Origin: Ignavibacteriota bacterium
GTDB lineage: Bacteria > Bacteroidota > Ignavibacteria > UBA10030
Assembly (NCBI GenBank): GCA_963701295.1
Contig: OY969585.1
Coordinates: forward strand, 2,752,001 to 2,816,000
Length of the DNA: 64,000 nt
Direction of reading: 5' to 3'
Both the position numbers and the translations under genes were made by a program. The notes beneath the pieces are model-generated. The model had not been told where the DNA came from. It searched no databases and saw only the letters and a program-made list of their open reading frames with translations. Positions 19,753-34,194 of the stretch are shown here, in pieces (positions within the stretch are counted from its first letter, which is position 1; every line of letters starts with the position of its first letter).

Positions 19753-22164
19753 TTATTTAACTTGTAGTACTCCGGTTGTCAATTCTGGTGCAATAGCCGT
19801 AAGTTGAATTTTGCCTGTTGGTGAAGTCCGTTTTACCGTAACAAGAAGACTTCCCTGATAAGCATTGCGTGTATTGGTCTTATACGGACCAATATAGTCA
19901 AGTTCACCGTTGTCGATGCCGATAAGTTGACCTGCACCTTCAACCTGTATAGTGATCGCATTAGTTGCATCAATCACTTTTAAACCGGCTTCGTCAGTCA
20001 CATTTATTTCGTATAAGAGGATATCACTAGTAGTAAGCAATTGCAGTGAAGCGATCTGGAGTTTCGTTGCCGGGCCAGTGGTGAGCAATTTTGAAGAGGC
20101 AACCTGTTGACCTTTAATATATCCGGCCGCTTTGAGTTCGCCCGGGATATAGCCTACATTCCAGTCGCATGAGTAAGCATCACGAGATACGCGCTTTCGT
20201 CCAAGCGAATGATCATTGAGAAATAATTCCACTTCATCGCAATTGGTTGCAGCGCGAACTGTGATCTCTGCTTTTTCCAGCCAGTTCCATTTGAGCGATG
20301 CAGGTGTTGAATACCATGTGTGTTTGGGTTTATCACCTGTCAGTACAAAAATCTGCACCACCGGGTCGTCGCGCCAGTATGCTGCTCGTTGATAGAAACT
20401 GGGTTTCTTTCCGCCAGCAAGGTCCAGAAAACCGGAATTGTTTCCACGGCTTGGCAAACTTCCTGTCTCTCCGAGATAGTCAATGCCTGTCCAAATAAAA
20501 TCACCGATAACATAATTATTATCGCGAACACCGAGCCAGTAATGGATTTGATCACTGGTTTCAGTTCCCAGGAAGAGACGGTGAGGAAAACGTCTATGAT
20601 CGGGTACGTAGGTGCTGTCGCCATAAAGGCGGTCAATATAATTGTAACCGGCGATATCAAGTTGATCCATAAAACCGTTGCGAGAAGAAACGAATGACTG
20701 GTCGCATGCAGAAGTTGCCAGTCGTGATGGATCTTCTTCATGACAGATGTCAATTAGTTTTTTTGAAAGTTTCCAACCATCATCATTGAATTGATCAGGT
20801 ACTTCGTTACCGATACTGTAGAGGATTACACATGGATGATTTCGATCGCGTCGCAACATAGAGCGGAGATCGGCTTCAGACCACTGGTTAAAATAAAGAT
20901 GATAACCAAATTTCGCCTTGCCGCGCGGATTTTCAGAGAAGTTATATGGCCAGTCGCGCGTCCACTCGTCGAAGGCTTCATCAAAAACATAAATACCAAG
21001 TTGATCGCAAAGATCGTAAAATTCTGGTGCAAACGGATGATGACTTGTACGAATGGCATTGCAGCCCATTTCCTTTAACAGACCAAGGCGATAAGCCCAA
21101 ATTGCTTTGGGTACTGCATTACCGAATGACCCTCCATCCTGATGTAAACAAACGCCCTTGAGTTTGGTGGACTTGCCGTTAACAAAAAGTCCGTGATCGG
21201 GAATGAATTCGAGTTTACGAATTCCAAATGTTGTAGTGGTTTCGTCAAGTGTGCGTCCATCCAGTATCAAGGTGCTACGCAATTGGTAGAGGTTAGGAAT
21301 ACCGTCAGACCAAAGGCGAGGGTTCGGAATAGAAATTTGTTGAGTAGCATGTTGACCAGGATGCATGCTTTGGAATGCTAGTTTTGATTCAGCAGATGCA
21401 ACAATTTTGCCATCCAAAGTCAACACGCAACTTCGCAATGTGATATCCTTAGTTTGAGGTTTAACTTTCCAAGGATCTTTTACCCATGCTTGCTGTTCCT
21501 GTTCAGTAAAGAAATTTGGATCTATAATGTAATCTGTTTTGACAATAGCTTTCTCTGCTGAAATCTCGGGCGTTGAGATGCTGATACCGCCATCGAGATG
21601 AAAATGAGTATATCCTGTGGCAATTAAACGTACATGCCTATAAATGCCGGATCCAGCATACCAGCGTAACGAAGGTTCAGCCGAATCATCGACACGAACC
21701 GCAATGACATTGGGCGAGCCATCTTTATTAATGTACTCGGTAATATCATAACGAAAGCCGATAAAACCGTAGGGCCTGCGACCGAGAAATTGGCCGTTAA
21801 TCCAGACTTCGCTATTCATGTAAATCCCGTCGAACTCAATAACAACTTTTTTAAGAGTGTCGGGAGATGTAAAACTTTTTCGGTACCATCCGATGCCATG
21901 AGTAAAGTATCCACCGTTATTCTCGCCAGAGGGAGGCGGATTGACGGGACTTTCGATACTCCAATCGTGCGGAAGATTCAAGATACGCCAGCGAGTATCA
22001 TCGAAGTTGGGCTGTTTAGCAGCCGGATCATCGCCTAGCCAGAAACGCCATCCTTCATCAAATGGAATAATCTCTCGTCCTGCCTTACTTTCTGAAAATG
22101 TGGAGTCAGCGGCAGCAAGAATCTGAATTAAAACAAGATTGAGAATTAATAAGTATTTTTTCAT
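19753..22164 (-). CDS. Glycoside hydrolase family 2 (beta-galactosidase-like)
   Basis: LPHDWSIE, GIGWYRK, RWYAGSGIYR, NAIRTSH, DRNHPCVILYSIGNE and FIWTGIDYLGE motifs. Confidence 0.93.
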   Translation of the reverse strand: MKKYLLILNLVLIQILAAADSTFSESKAGREIIPFDEGWRFWLGDDPAAKQPNFDDTRWRILNLPHDWSIESPVNPPPSGENNGGYFTHGIGWYRKSFTSPDTLKKVVIEFDGIYMNSEVWINGQFLGRRPYGFIGFRYDITEYINKDGSPNVIAVRVDDSAEPSLRWYAGSGIYRHVRLIATGYTHFHLDGGISISTPEISAEKAIVKTDYIIDPNFFTEQEQQAWVKDPWKVKPQTKDITLRSCVLTLDGKIVASAESKLAFQSMHPGQHATQQISIPNPRLWSDGIPNLYQLRSTLILDGRTLDETTTTFGIRKLEFIPDHGLFVNGKSTKLKGVCLHQDGGSFGNAVPKAIWAYRLGLLKEMGCNAIRTSHHPFAPEFYDLCDQLGIYVFDEAFDEWTRDWPYNFSENPRGKAKFGYHLYFNQWSEADLRSMLRRDRNHPCVILYSIGNEVPDQFNDDGWKLSKKLIDICHEEDPSRLATSACDQSFVSSRNGFMDQLDIAGYNYIDRLYGDSTYVPDHRRFPHRLFLGTETSDQIHYWLGVRDNNYVIGDFIWTGIDYLGETGSLPSRGNNSGFLDLAGGKKPSFYQRAAYWRDDPVVQIFVLTGDKPKHTWYSTPASLKWNWLEKAEITVRAATNCDEVELFLNDHSLGRKRVSRDAYSCDWNVGYIPGELKAAGYIKGQQVASSKLLTTGPATKLQIASLQLLTTSDILLYEINVTDEAGLKVIDATNAITIQVEGAGQLIGIDNGELDYIGPYKTNTRNAYQGSLLVTVKRTSPTGKIQLTAIAPELTTGVLQVK

Positions 22165-22192
22165 TTGCTAAAATTTTATTTAAACGTATTTA

Positions 22193-24121
22193 TTATTCGA
22201 ATCTGTACACATTGTATGTTCGAGGTTGTTGCAACACTTCAAAAACAGTTGTTGCTCCATTCACATAGCCGTACAACTCTTGACCTGAAATAACATCGAA
22301 TAGTTTTGCGCCGGCTTTTTTAATCACGATGTTGTATCTTGCCGGGTAGGGTTGATATGACTGGGCAATGAATGTGTTATTGTTGTATGCGAACAGACAT
22401 ATCTGGCTTGGACTGTCAAGATAAACAGGAATTTCATCCATCATAACTCTTCTGATCTGAGAAAGCACTTCCTTGGGGAGATGGTACAGATCATCAAAAC
22501 TTTCAGGTATTGTAAGAATATATAATTTGCCTTTTTTCAATCCTCTGACTTGAATGAGCATGGAATAGCGGTTATTGCCCTTGTAAATTGCTTGAATAAT
22601 ATCTTCAGAAGTTACCAGTCCGTACGCCAACTCCGGAATAAGAATTTCGGTATCAGAGAAGTAGATGTTCGCAGGCTCTTCATCCATGAATCGACGAAAA
22701 GTAAATTGGTTTACCAATGCTTTCCGTCCTGTGTACTCAACCTCTATAATTTTCTCAATCCCTTTTCCTTGTAACGCCTTAAGGAGTCCTGTAGTAATGA
22801 TGATCGTTTTGTCTTCGTTGAGATGATTCACAATCTTATTAACGATATTAGGATCAAACTTCGCATGTTCGGTAAGAAATATTGTCCCGCGGTCGTCTGG
22901 AAAATCGGGATACAAATCCATAGGTATACCAACCATTCCAACGTAGTTATGAATGTACATTTCACCCGAAGAATGATACGGTTTATAAGCAGCGACACCG
23001 TATGGTTCTCCGAGTTTTCCAAGAAAAGCATCCAATTTATCGAATGTATACCCGGCGACCTCAGCAATAGGACTAAGCATTTTTGTTTTTCCATCAGGGT
23101 AATTTATTGTCTCGACTAAACTTCCGTAGCTCCAATGGATGATTGCCTTTGGCTTGGCAAATAAAGTGTTCTCAAGTTGTTCCGTATACCGGTTCAGCGT
23201 CTGACGCGCTCCGACATCGACCCAGCCGCCGCCAAATTTACCGGGTTTAATGTGTTCGAAGTATCGCATGATACCATAGCTTTGATACTGTTGAAGGTAT
23301 TGCGTTGTGTTTTCCGGATCCCGTGTTTCAGTGCCGGCCCAGATTTCATCGAACACTTTGGGTTGCGATTCAAGGTTGTATCCGCAGAACTGATATTGTT
23401 CATACCAATTGGGTGGTTTGAAAATGAGATGGATCTTCGGATTAACACTCCGGGCATTTTTGACGACAAGGTCTTCTCCGACCTCCTTCATAACTTTCAG
23501 ACGATATTCTTCCCACGTCATGTTTCCTTTTGCCTTTTGGCACAAATCGCATCGGCAGTTGAAAATGAACAGGTCGTCGAAAATAATTTCATCGAAAAGG
23601 GAAGCAGTATACGTTAAAATTTTTCGGAATTTTTCCCGGTCAATAGGATTCGAGTAGCAGAACCCGTTGAGACGATCACCGGGAGGACCGGCAACTGACG
23701 CCATAATACCGCCTGATACCTTGACGCCTTTGCCGGTGAAGAAAATTTTAAGTTTCTTGACATCTGCTTCTGGCAGTGTTTCATTATCCCTGTATGTCTC
23801 AACATACACTTTCTCAATCTTGATGGAACGCGTGATGAGGTTCCAACTCTCTTCAAGCCATTGAGGATCAGCTATCATTTTTTGCTCATCCTGAATGCAG
23901 CAAAATACCTCGACGTTGAAGTTCCGATAGCTTGTTGAATCTCCTTTCGCTTCTATTTTTTCTTGTGCGAAAGCTAACATAACTGCATGTGTAAGGATCA
24001 GAATAATAAGGACAGAGAATCTAATTTCTCTCCCAAAATTTGTAAGCTTTATGTTGAGCATGTTTCTATCCCTTAAATGGTTTATTCTAAAGGTATTGTA
24101 AAAACTATTTTTAGAAGACAA
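22193..24121 (-). CDS. Uncharacterised secreted protein, probable TIM-barrel glycosidase-like
   Basis: Signal peptide (true start probably downstream of 24121), FDEIIFDDLFIFNCRCDLC Cys cluster and WAGTETRDP. Embedded in the GH operon. Confidence 0.5.
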   Translation of the reverse strand: MSSKNSFYNTFRINHLRDRNMLNIKLTNFGREIRFSVLIILILTHAVMLAFAQEKIEAKGDSTSYRNFNVEVFCCIQDEQKMIADPQWLEESWNLITRSIKIEKVYVETYRDNETLPEADVKKLKIFFTGKGVKVSGGIMASVAGPPGDRLNGFCYSNPIDREKFRKILTYTASLFDEIIFDDLFIFNCRCDLCQKAKGNMTWEEYRLKVMKEVGEDLVVKNARSVNPKIHLIFKPPNWYEQYQFCGYNLESQPKVFDEIWAGTETRDPENTTQYLQQYQSYGIMRYFEHIKPGKFGGGWVDVGARQTLNRYTEQLENTLFAKPKAIIHWSYGSLVETINYPDGKTKMLSPIAEVAGYTFDKLDAFLGKLGEPYGVAAYKPYHSSGEMYIHNYVGMVGIPMDLYPDFPDDRGTIFLTEHAKFDPNIVNKIVNHLNEDKTIIITTGLLKALQGKGIEKIIEVEYTGRKALVNQFTFRRFMDEEPANIYFSDTEILIPELAYGLVTSEDIIQAIYKGNNRYSMLIQVRGLKKGKLYILTIPESFDDLYHLPKEVLSQIRRVMMDEIPVYLDSPSQICLFAYNNNTFIAQSYQPYPARYNIVIKKAGAKLFDVISGQELYGYVNGATTVFEVLQQPRTYNVYRFE

Positions 24122-24128
24122 GCGTCTC

Positions 24129-26246
24129 CTATTTTTTAACCAGTTTATATATTGGAAAAACTTTTTCTGAATACGTAGTCGGACTTGGATGATTTTCTTT
24201 AATAAGGTTGATCATGAGATTATCGAAAAGTGCAACATTACTTGTTCTATCTTTACTGCCAGTAACGAGACCAACCATACCTTCTGAAAACGTAGAGTCA
24301 GTAACGGTGATTACCTGTTTTTTATTTACAAAACCAGTGATGGTCGTTCCTGAAAATCTGAGTGTAAGAGTGTTCCATCGATTCGCTGCAATATTGGCGG
24401 CTTTGCCTGTTGATAAAAGAGTGCCCATTTCAGCTTTTTCATCCTGCTTGGAAACGTACAACGAGCATGTACCATCTGCGGACATATTCATATAATACCC
24501 ATTTGGCTTGCATCCATATCCGGTTCCTGTACCGATGACACGGCCCATTACGCCGGCCCAGCCTTCTTTATTGAGATACACATCTGTACTGACTTCATAG
24601 TCTTTCCAATATCGATCTCCAAGAATTGTATACGGCATCCATTCAGGTGCCCAGCTTTGCGCGCCTGCTTCAACAACCTGGCGCAAACATTTACCTTTAT
24701 GATCTGGTCGATCTGCAATTTCGAATATCCCTGCTATATCCGCAGTATAGTGAGGCAAGTATCCCCAAGACTTTGCATCTGTATATTCATCAAATGTTTC
24801 ATAATAAGGGAATGGGAATGGTTTGGAAGAGGGAATAGCTACAAACGATCCCTTCTGCTGTCCTGTGGTTGTAGAGAGTGAGTAAATAGATTGAGGTTCT
24901 AAAGTAATTTCAAATTTGCCATTTACAGGAGTAATGTCTTCCAACTTGACAAACTGCTCTTGACCATTGCTTCGCCACAAACAAAGTTTACCGGCAGAGA
25001 GTCCGCCGCTGATTGCGAAGGAAATATTCTGATTAGCCTTAGCATCCTTTGTTTCAATAATAATACTGTAATCAGTCCCCGGCGATTTTAATGTTACATA
25101 GGTTCCTTCCCCAGCGAGTTTACCGCAAGCCCCGTTTACATATTGCCAACCTGGTTGGCAGAACTGTCCATAATGCGCATATCCCCAAAGCACCTCGCGG
25201 GTATAATAATTTCCGCTCCAGGGTTCACGTGCGATCATAATGGCAGGATCTTCCGGAAATGGTTCGATGCTGTAAGTTGAAGCAACAAGGAACCAATTCA
25301 CAATCATGGTAGCGCCGCTTTCAATGAAGTTTTTATTAAATGATTCCACCATACTTATTTCGCAGTCAAACCCTTTCATATAAATATGTTCTTCCGAATT
25401 CCAAATAGGTTTGCCCAATTCTTCGCTCAGTTTTATTATATCCGGAGGTGTAGGCAGCTCATTCATCGTATGCGCGCTCATGATATCCACTGCAGCTTTT
25501 AAAACCGAATCGGTTCTCATGTCTTTGCACCACTCGAATTTTTTATCTCCCCAATTATCAAAAGCATGGATTTTAACTTTTGATAGGCCATTCTTTTTAA
25601 GTGTAGACCTGAACATTTTTACAAAATCTTCATTCACACCTTTTTCATTTCGGCAGCCAATGGCGTCCAAATCGAGACCATAAACATTTTTCAACCCTTT
25701 GATCCAAGAGGCATAATAATCGCACATGTCCTGCGACCAGAAATTATTATTGCCTATCCACTTAGGGCAGCCCCAGGCATTGGCATCGAGCATAATGGCT
25801 GGATTTCGTTTTCTGGCCTCGCTCATGATCCACCATTCATAACCCCTGCTGTAGTTCAAATCGTTTCTGGAATGCATGTGACTTGGCTCCGAACCCTGAG
25901 TTGAATTACCATCTCCGGGAACTTCGACCAACAATGCTGAGATGGAAGCTCCAAACTTGGGTTTGAACAGTAAATCCAATATCTGACTTCGTTGAGGCTC
26001 CGGATAATCTTTTAATAAAGCCGACGTAGCTCCACCGCCGCTTACGGCACCAATTCCATCAAATCGTTTGCCGCCGGCTTTTCCGTCGATATTGACAGTT
26101 TGACTGTTTAATGTGGCCACAAAAAAGTCCAACAGAATGAAACAGCAGGTTGAGCGCAAAGTTATATCAAAGTATGAAGATTTGAAAAATAATTTTATTG
26201 ATCTCATCAATGCATCTGTTTTGATTAATGATAGAAGACGTTTCAT
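24129..26246 (-). CDS. Glycoside hydrolase family 59 (galactosylceramidase-like beta-galactosidase), no CTD
   Basis: FDGIGAVSGGGATS, STQGSEPSHM, RGYEWW, GCRNE (acid/base) and IWNSEE (nucleophile). Confidence 0.9.
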   Translation of the reverse strand: MKRLLSLIKTDALMRSIKLFFKSSYFDITLRSTCCFILLDFFVATLNSQTVNIDGKAGGKRFDGIGAVSGGGATSALLKDYPEPQRSQILDLLFKPKFGASISALLVEVPGDGNSTQGSEPSHMHSRNDLNYSRGYEWWIMSEARKRNPAIMLDANAWGCPKWIGNNNFWSQDMCDYYASWIKGLKNVYGLDLDAIGCRNEKGVNEDFVKMFRSTLKKNGLSKVKIHAFDNWGDKKFEWCKDMRTDSVLKAAVDIMSAHTMNELPTPPDIIKLSEELGKPIWNSEEHIYMKGFDCEISMVESFNKNFIESGATMIVNWFLVASTYSIEPFPEDPAIMIAREPWSGNYYTREVLWGYAHYGQFCQPGWQYVNGACGKLAGEGTYVTLKSPGTDYSIIIETKDAKANQNISFAISGGLSAGKLCLWRSNGQEQFVKLEDITPVNGKFEITLEPQSIYSLSTTTGQQKGSFVAIPSSKPFPFPYYETFDEYTDAKSWGYLPHYTADIAGIFEIADRPDHKGKCLRQVVEAGAQSWAPEWMPYTILGDRYWKDYEVSTDVYLNKEGWAGVMGRVIGTGTGYGCKPNGYYMNMSADGTCSLYVSKQDEKAEMGTLLSTGKAANIAANRWNTLTLRFSGTTITGFVNKKQVITVTDSTFSEGMVGLVTGSKDRTSNVALFDNLMINLIKENHPSPTTYSEKVFPIYKLVKK

Positions 26247-27802
26247 TTAAGTTCTTTCTGCTTTATGGTATTCAATTTTACATCTTCAATGCCGGCACTT
26301 TGAAGAATACTGAAATTATTAACATTCTTGAGAATAATAGCTTTTGAATTCTCCGTGCGTTGAATCGTTACATTTTGCAGATCAACACCGTCAACATCAT
26401 CAAATATCAATCCGGGGCGATCATCAGGTGCTAACAATTTAAACTCAATATCATGTATTTTAATATCTTTTGCATGTCGAACAAATAGACCGTAAGCCGG
26501 TGCTTTGCCGAACATTCCGGGTTCAGGATAACTATTTGGATTTTCTGGGACATCCCTTTCAGCTTGTTCTTTTGTGCCTTCCCCTTTATAATAAATCCGG
26601 ATGTTACTCAAATGAATACCTTCGATAGGATGACCCGGCAATCCAGAAATCGTGCAAGCAAATGATGAATCCGCTCTGTAAACAATCACATTGCTAATAT
26701 TGATTCTTCTGAGTGTACCAACAGGCACTCCGTCCGGTCCGCGCAACCTTGCTCCAAGCCGTAGAAAGATGGGATCATTCACAATATCTCTCATCGTGAT
26801 ATTTGTGATGGTGACATCTTCCAGAGTCCCTCCATCGACTGTTTCTAACGCAAACCCTCTGCAATAATCAAACACACAATTGGAAATCGTAATATTTTTA
26901 AATCCACCGTTGGATTCTGTACCGAATTTAATTCTTCCGGTCGGATGATAACCGTATTCAGGATTATTCGAACGTCCGTACGTTCCATCCAACAAAGTGC
27001 CTTCATCATAACCGCTTAACTGGCAATTTGTGATCGTGACATTTTCAGTAGCACGGGCAAACCCTAAAGCGAAGGTGCTTTTCAAACAAATGCCATCGTC
27101 AAACGGAGAATTGACTGTGCAATTCGTGACGCGAACATTCCGGCAGCAATCTATGTCTATACCGTCACGATTCGTGTCTATTTTTAAATTGTCGATCGTC
27201 AAATTATCTATCCCTGTTGCAAGTATTGCAAACCAACCTCCGTGAATAATCGTCACATCGCGCAGAATGACATTACGGCATCGGTATAGACTAATGGCCT
27301 TGTTCGCGTTTTGTTTCGAACCTTTTACCCAATCCTTATAAAGATTTTTTCCATTGATCCAACCGGCTCCTATGAGAGAGACATTTTGAATGTCGTAACC
27401 CCAGATGAGACTGCTTTTCCAGTGACTGTGCCCGGAATCCTGATATTTCACGCTGATGCTTTCTTCTTCATCATCATAACCGTTTTCGGTACTTACAGGT
27501 GCAGCGATGATCGTAGCGCCTTGATCGATGTATAACGTGATGTCGCTTTTCAGGCGTATGGATCCGCTTAAATAATTTCCGGCGGGAATATAAACAGTGC
27601 CTCCACCGGCATGCGAAGCGGTGTCGATAGCTGCATTTATTGCTTTGCTGTCGAGGTTTTTTCCATCGCCAAGTGCTCCATAATTTTTCACATTAAAAAA
27701 AGCAGATCCTTCGCTTGCAAAGCATGAAATTGAAGGCAGTACAACAACGGAAAAGAAAAGTAATGACCAACCTGATTTTTTCATGTATTGGCTTTCATGC
27801 AA
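26243..27802 (-). CDS. Glycoside hydrolase family 28 (beta-helix, polygalacturonase/rhamnogalacturonase-like)
   Basis: NVKNYGALGDG, GGGTVYIPAGNY, NRDGIDID, DDGICLKS and RIKFGTES motifs. Confidence 0.9.
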   Translation of the reverse strand: MHESQYMKKSGWSLLFFSVVVLPSISCFASEGSAFFNVKNYGALGDGKNLDSKAINAAIDTASHAGGGTVYIPAGNYLSGSIRLKSDITLYIDQGATIIAAPVSTENGYDDEEESISVKYQDSGHSHWKSSLIWGYDIQNVSLIGAGWINGKNLYKDWVKGSKQNANKAISLYRCRNVILRDVTIIHGGWFAILATGIDNLTIDNLKIDTNRDGIDIDCCRNVRVTNCTVNSPFDDGICLKSTFALGFARATENVTITNCQLSGYDEGTLLDGTYGRSNNPEYGYHPTGRIKFGTESNGGFKNITISNCVFDYCRGFALETVDGGTLEDVTITNITMRDIVNDPIFLRLGARLRGPDGVPVGTLRRINISNVIVYRADSSFACTISGLPGHPIEGIHLSNIRIYYKGEGTKEQAERDVPENPNSYPEPGMFGKAPAYGLFVRHAKDIKIHDIEFKLLAPDDRPGLIFDDVDGVDLQNVTIQRTENSKAIILKNVNNFSILQSAGIEDVKLNTIKQKELK

Positions 27803-27852
27803 TCATTTAAATGATAAAAGAATTATGTGTTTTCATCTTTAGCTGTTTGTTT

Positions 27853-31035
<3,183 letters not shown>

Positions 31036-31104
31036 CTAATAAATGATGTGCTAATTCTTAACAACCAAATCTATAAGAAAAGAGAAGAAAGAATTTAGAA
31101 AGTC

Positions 31105-32301
31105 TTAATTATTCTTAAATTTTTCTATGATACCTGTGCCGATGATAAAAGAACCGAACGCAGCATAAGTACTGACTTCCTTTGGCTGCATGATATAATC
31201 CTGATAACTATTTTGAATCCCGATACTACTGCAATCAATTAGATCGATAAATCCTTTTTCATTCAATTTAGTTTTCTTGATAATGCCTTCATATGCCTTC
31301 TTTACGACCGGAGAATATTCTTCGGAACTGATGTATCCTTTATCAATCGATTTTTTCAATAAGTATAAAAACATACCGGTACCCGAAGTCTCATTCCAAT
31401 TCCCCGGTTGATCACATTTATCAACCACCTGACACCACATACCGGTTTTTTGATCTTGAACGTTTTTCAACCCTTTACAAAGATTCTTGAGTGCAGACAT
31501 GAGATATTGATAGTCGGAATGAGATTTTGGTAAAAAATCAAAAACGTCTGCCATTAAAACAGCATACCAACCAAGACCTTCGCTCCACACTTCGGAAGCT
31601 AATCCGGTTTCTTTATTTGCCCAGCTTGCTTCTTTCGATTCATCCCAGCCATGCAATAAGAGCCCGTTTGGTTTTATGCAATGCTTCAATATTAGTTTCA
31701 TCTGGTTTGTCACTTCCTCGAATGCATAGGCGCTATCGCCTATAACACTCCCGTATCTGGCAAGGAACATTTGTCCCATGAAAACACCATCGACCCACAT
31801 TTGATGTTTTGCCCAGGTTGCATGCCAAAAACCACCGTCGGAATTCCTTGGATACTTGATAAATCCATCACGGATTTTCGTTGCAGCTCGCTTGTACTTT
31901 TCAAGGTGCGTGTGCTCATACATAAAAATAATTGCGTATCCGGGAAGAAAATTATCAAGTGCGGTAGGAGAAAAATCAGGAATGTTCCCAAGTTTGTCAA
32001 CATGATGATCAACATATCTTTTTATGTAATTGAAATAGGTTGAATCACTCGTTGCGCCCCACATTTTTTCCATGGCAAACATGACATATCCACCCTGCCA
32101 GCTAAAACTATTTGTTTGTCCAACCCAGTGAATATTTTCGGGGTCAGGGACTTTGGTAATAAAACTCTTAGCAATCAATACAGAATATTTCTTTTCGGAC
32201 ACCTGAACCACCGATGAATACTGTAGGAACAGGAGTTGTGCCAATAAAGAAAGAAATATTACGATAGTCGATTTCATCATATCTTCCTTATGATGCATCA
32301 A
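31105..32301 (-). CDS. GH105/GH88 unsaturated uronyl (rhamnogalacturonyl) hydrolase
   Basis: LDNF, GGFWH, QMWVDGVFMG, LLLHGWDE, WSEGLGW, GMWCQVVD and ETSGTGM motifs. Confidence 0.88.
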   Translation of the reverse strand: MMHHKEDMMKSTIVIFLSLLAQLLFLQYSSVVQVSEKKYSVLIAKSFITKVPDPENIHWVGQTNSFSWQGGYVMFAMEKMWGATSDSTYFNYIKRYVDHHVDKLGNIPDFSPTALDNFLPGYAIIFMYEHTHLEKYKRAATKIRDGFIKYPRNSDGGFWHATWAKHQMWVDGVFMGQMFLARYGSVIGDSAYAFEEVTNQMKLILKHCIKPNGLLLHGWDESKEASWANKETGLASEVWSEGLGWYAVLMADVFDFLPKSHSDYQYLMSALKNLCKGLKNVQDQKTGMWCQVVDKCDQPGNWNETSGTGMFLYLLKKSIDKGYISSEEYSPVVKKAYEGIIKKTKLNEKGFIDLIDCSSIGIQNSYQDYIMQPKEVSTYAAFGSFIIGTGIIEKFKNN

Positions 32302-32310
32302 ATGATTGCA

Positions 32311-34180
32311 TCAATTCACAACGTCAATTGTATCCTGAATCTTAATATCAGAAGAAGAAGTACCGATCATAATCTGTACCTTATCTTCTTCGACCACAAA
32401 GCAATGTTTTTTAATATTCCAATAGGCTAGGGTTTCTGCTTTTAATGGAATTTTCACTGTTTTGCTTTCGCTTGGTTTTAATGTAATACGCCTGAATCCC
32501 TTAATTTCTTTTAAAGGCCGCTCAACATCTGAGTTGAGATGCTTTACGTATACTTGTACAACTTCATCCCCTATTCGATTTCCTGAATTCTGAATTGTCA
32601 CCCGAACCACAACTTCACCGTCCGATTTAAGTTGATGGGAACTGACTTCTAAATCTTTATAGCTGAATGTTGTATAACTCAAACCGTATCCAAACGGAAA
32701 TAGAGGTTCCCTCTTGAAATACATGTATGTGTGCCCGTTTCGAATATTATAATCCATCATCGGCGGCAACTGGTCTAAAGATTTTGGCCAGGTTTGCACC
32801 AATCGGCCTCCTGGATTGTAATCACCGAATAGAATATCGGCAAGTGCATTGCCCATCTCCTAGCTGGCATGAGTCATGTGGAGAACAGCCGGAACATTTT
32901 CCTGCGTCCAGTTGATTGCATAGGGAAAACTGCTCACCAACACAACAACGGTATTCTGATTTACTCTATACACTTCTTTTATTAATTCTTCTTGTTCGAG
33001 GATAATCGTTTGTCTATCGACCGCTTCTTTACCATCGCTTGGTGTTTTGCATTTTCCCCAGCCAGCATTATCACCTGTAGGATGGTTGCCAACGCATACA
33101 ATCGCTACATCCGTAGTCCGGGCAATCTCAACTGCAGCGCCGTCTGCATTGTCTTTTGCATACTTTACTTCCACGGAATCACCAACTTTATTTTTTATCC
33201 TGACTAACGGAGAAATTGTATAGGGAAGTGTTCCGCTGTACCAATCTAAAAGTACCACATCTGCATGCGACCCGATAACTGCAATAGATTTGATTTTCTT
33301 TTTATCAAGAGGAAGAAGGTTTTTCGAATTCTTAAGTAAGACTATAGTTTTTTGTGTTACATCCCTTGCAGCTGTATGGTTCTCTTTTGTTGTCCAGGGG
33401 TCTGTAGTATCACTGACCCCAATGTTACTATACGGAACAATTTCGGGTGGATCGAGCAAGCCAAGTTTTATCATGACTCTGAAAATTCCGCGAATTGCGC
33501 TCTCAATAGTAGATTCCGTTAAGTACCCTTTTACAATTGCACCATCGATGCTGCCACGGTATCTATCAAGGAATTGATTAATGCCTGCCCGAATACAATT
33601 TGCCGCAGTGATATTGCTGTCAGCAAAATACTTATGAGCCGCCATGAGCAATCGAAAGGCACCTCCGTCTGTACAAATAACTCCATCCTGCCCCCATTCA
33701 TTTACTGTCATTTCTTTGAGAATCGGATGAACAGTCATAGGAATTCCATTGTAGGAATTGTAAGCCGCCATATAAGCACGCGAGCCATCTTCAACAATAC
33801 CTTTCCAGAACAGACAAAAAATATTCGCGCAGCAATCTTTTATCAAAACTCAAAGGAGCACTATCACGTCCGTTTTCATTACTGTTTGCAAGAGAATGTT
33901 TCATAAGTGAAGCTGTCTGACAATAATATGGATTATCACCCTGTTATTCTTTTATAAATATAACAGTCGCAACGCTGTTAATCCAGACATCCTCGCCGTA
34001 ATATTCTTCGGTACATCTCCATCGCGGATCGCGGCTAAGTCCTGCATTTGGTGCTCTCACAACCAGTCCGCCTTTTCGATATTTCGGAGAGTGAAACAAT
34101 ATTATTGACTCGTTCTTCTATCAAAAGGTCTAGATTTTGAAACGGATATTTCTGTGCCAGCAGAGTCCCAGAGATGGACA
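32311..34180 (-). pseudogene. GH3 beta-glucosidase/xylosidase pseudogene
   Basis: Pieces join into one GH3: YPFQN..EERVNNIVSL, then a deletion, GGLVVRAPNA.LSRDPRW..EEYYGED, a TAA, MKHSLANSNE, a frameshift near 33820, CTDGG, a TAG at 32860-32862 replacing Gln, then GDYNPGGRL, PFGYGLSYT and an Fn3-like domain. Confidence 0.88.
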
Positions 34181-34194
34181 GCATACAAGTTGAT

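Noticed and set aside
32860-32862. In-frame TAG in GH3 as possible stop-codon recoding (pyrrolysine or readthrough)
   Set aside because: The same gene also has a TAA, a frameshift and a deletion, and TAG ends intact genes elsewhere (e.g. proS). A CAG-to-TAG nonsense mutation is simpler.
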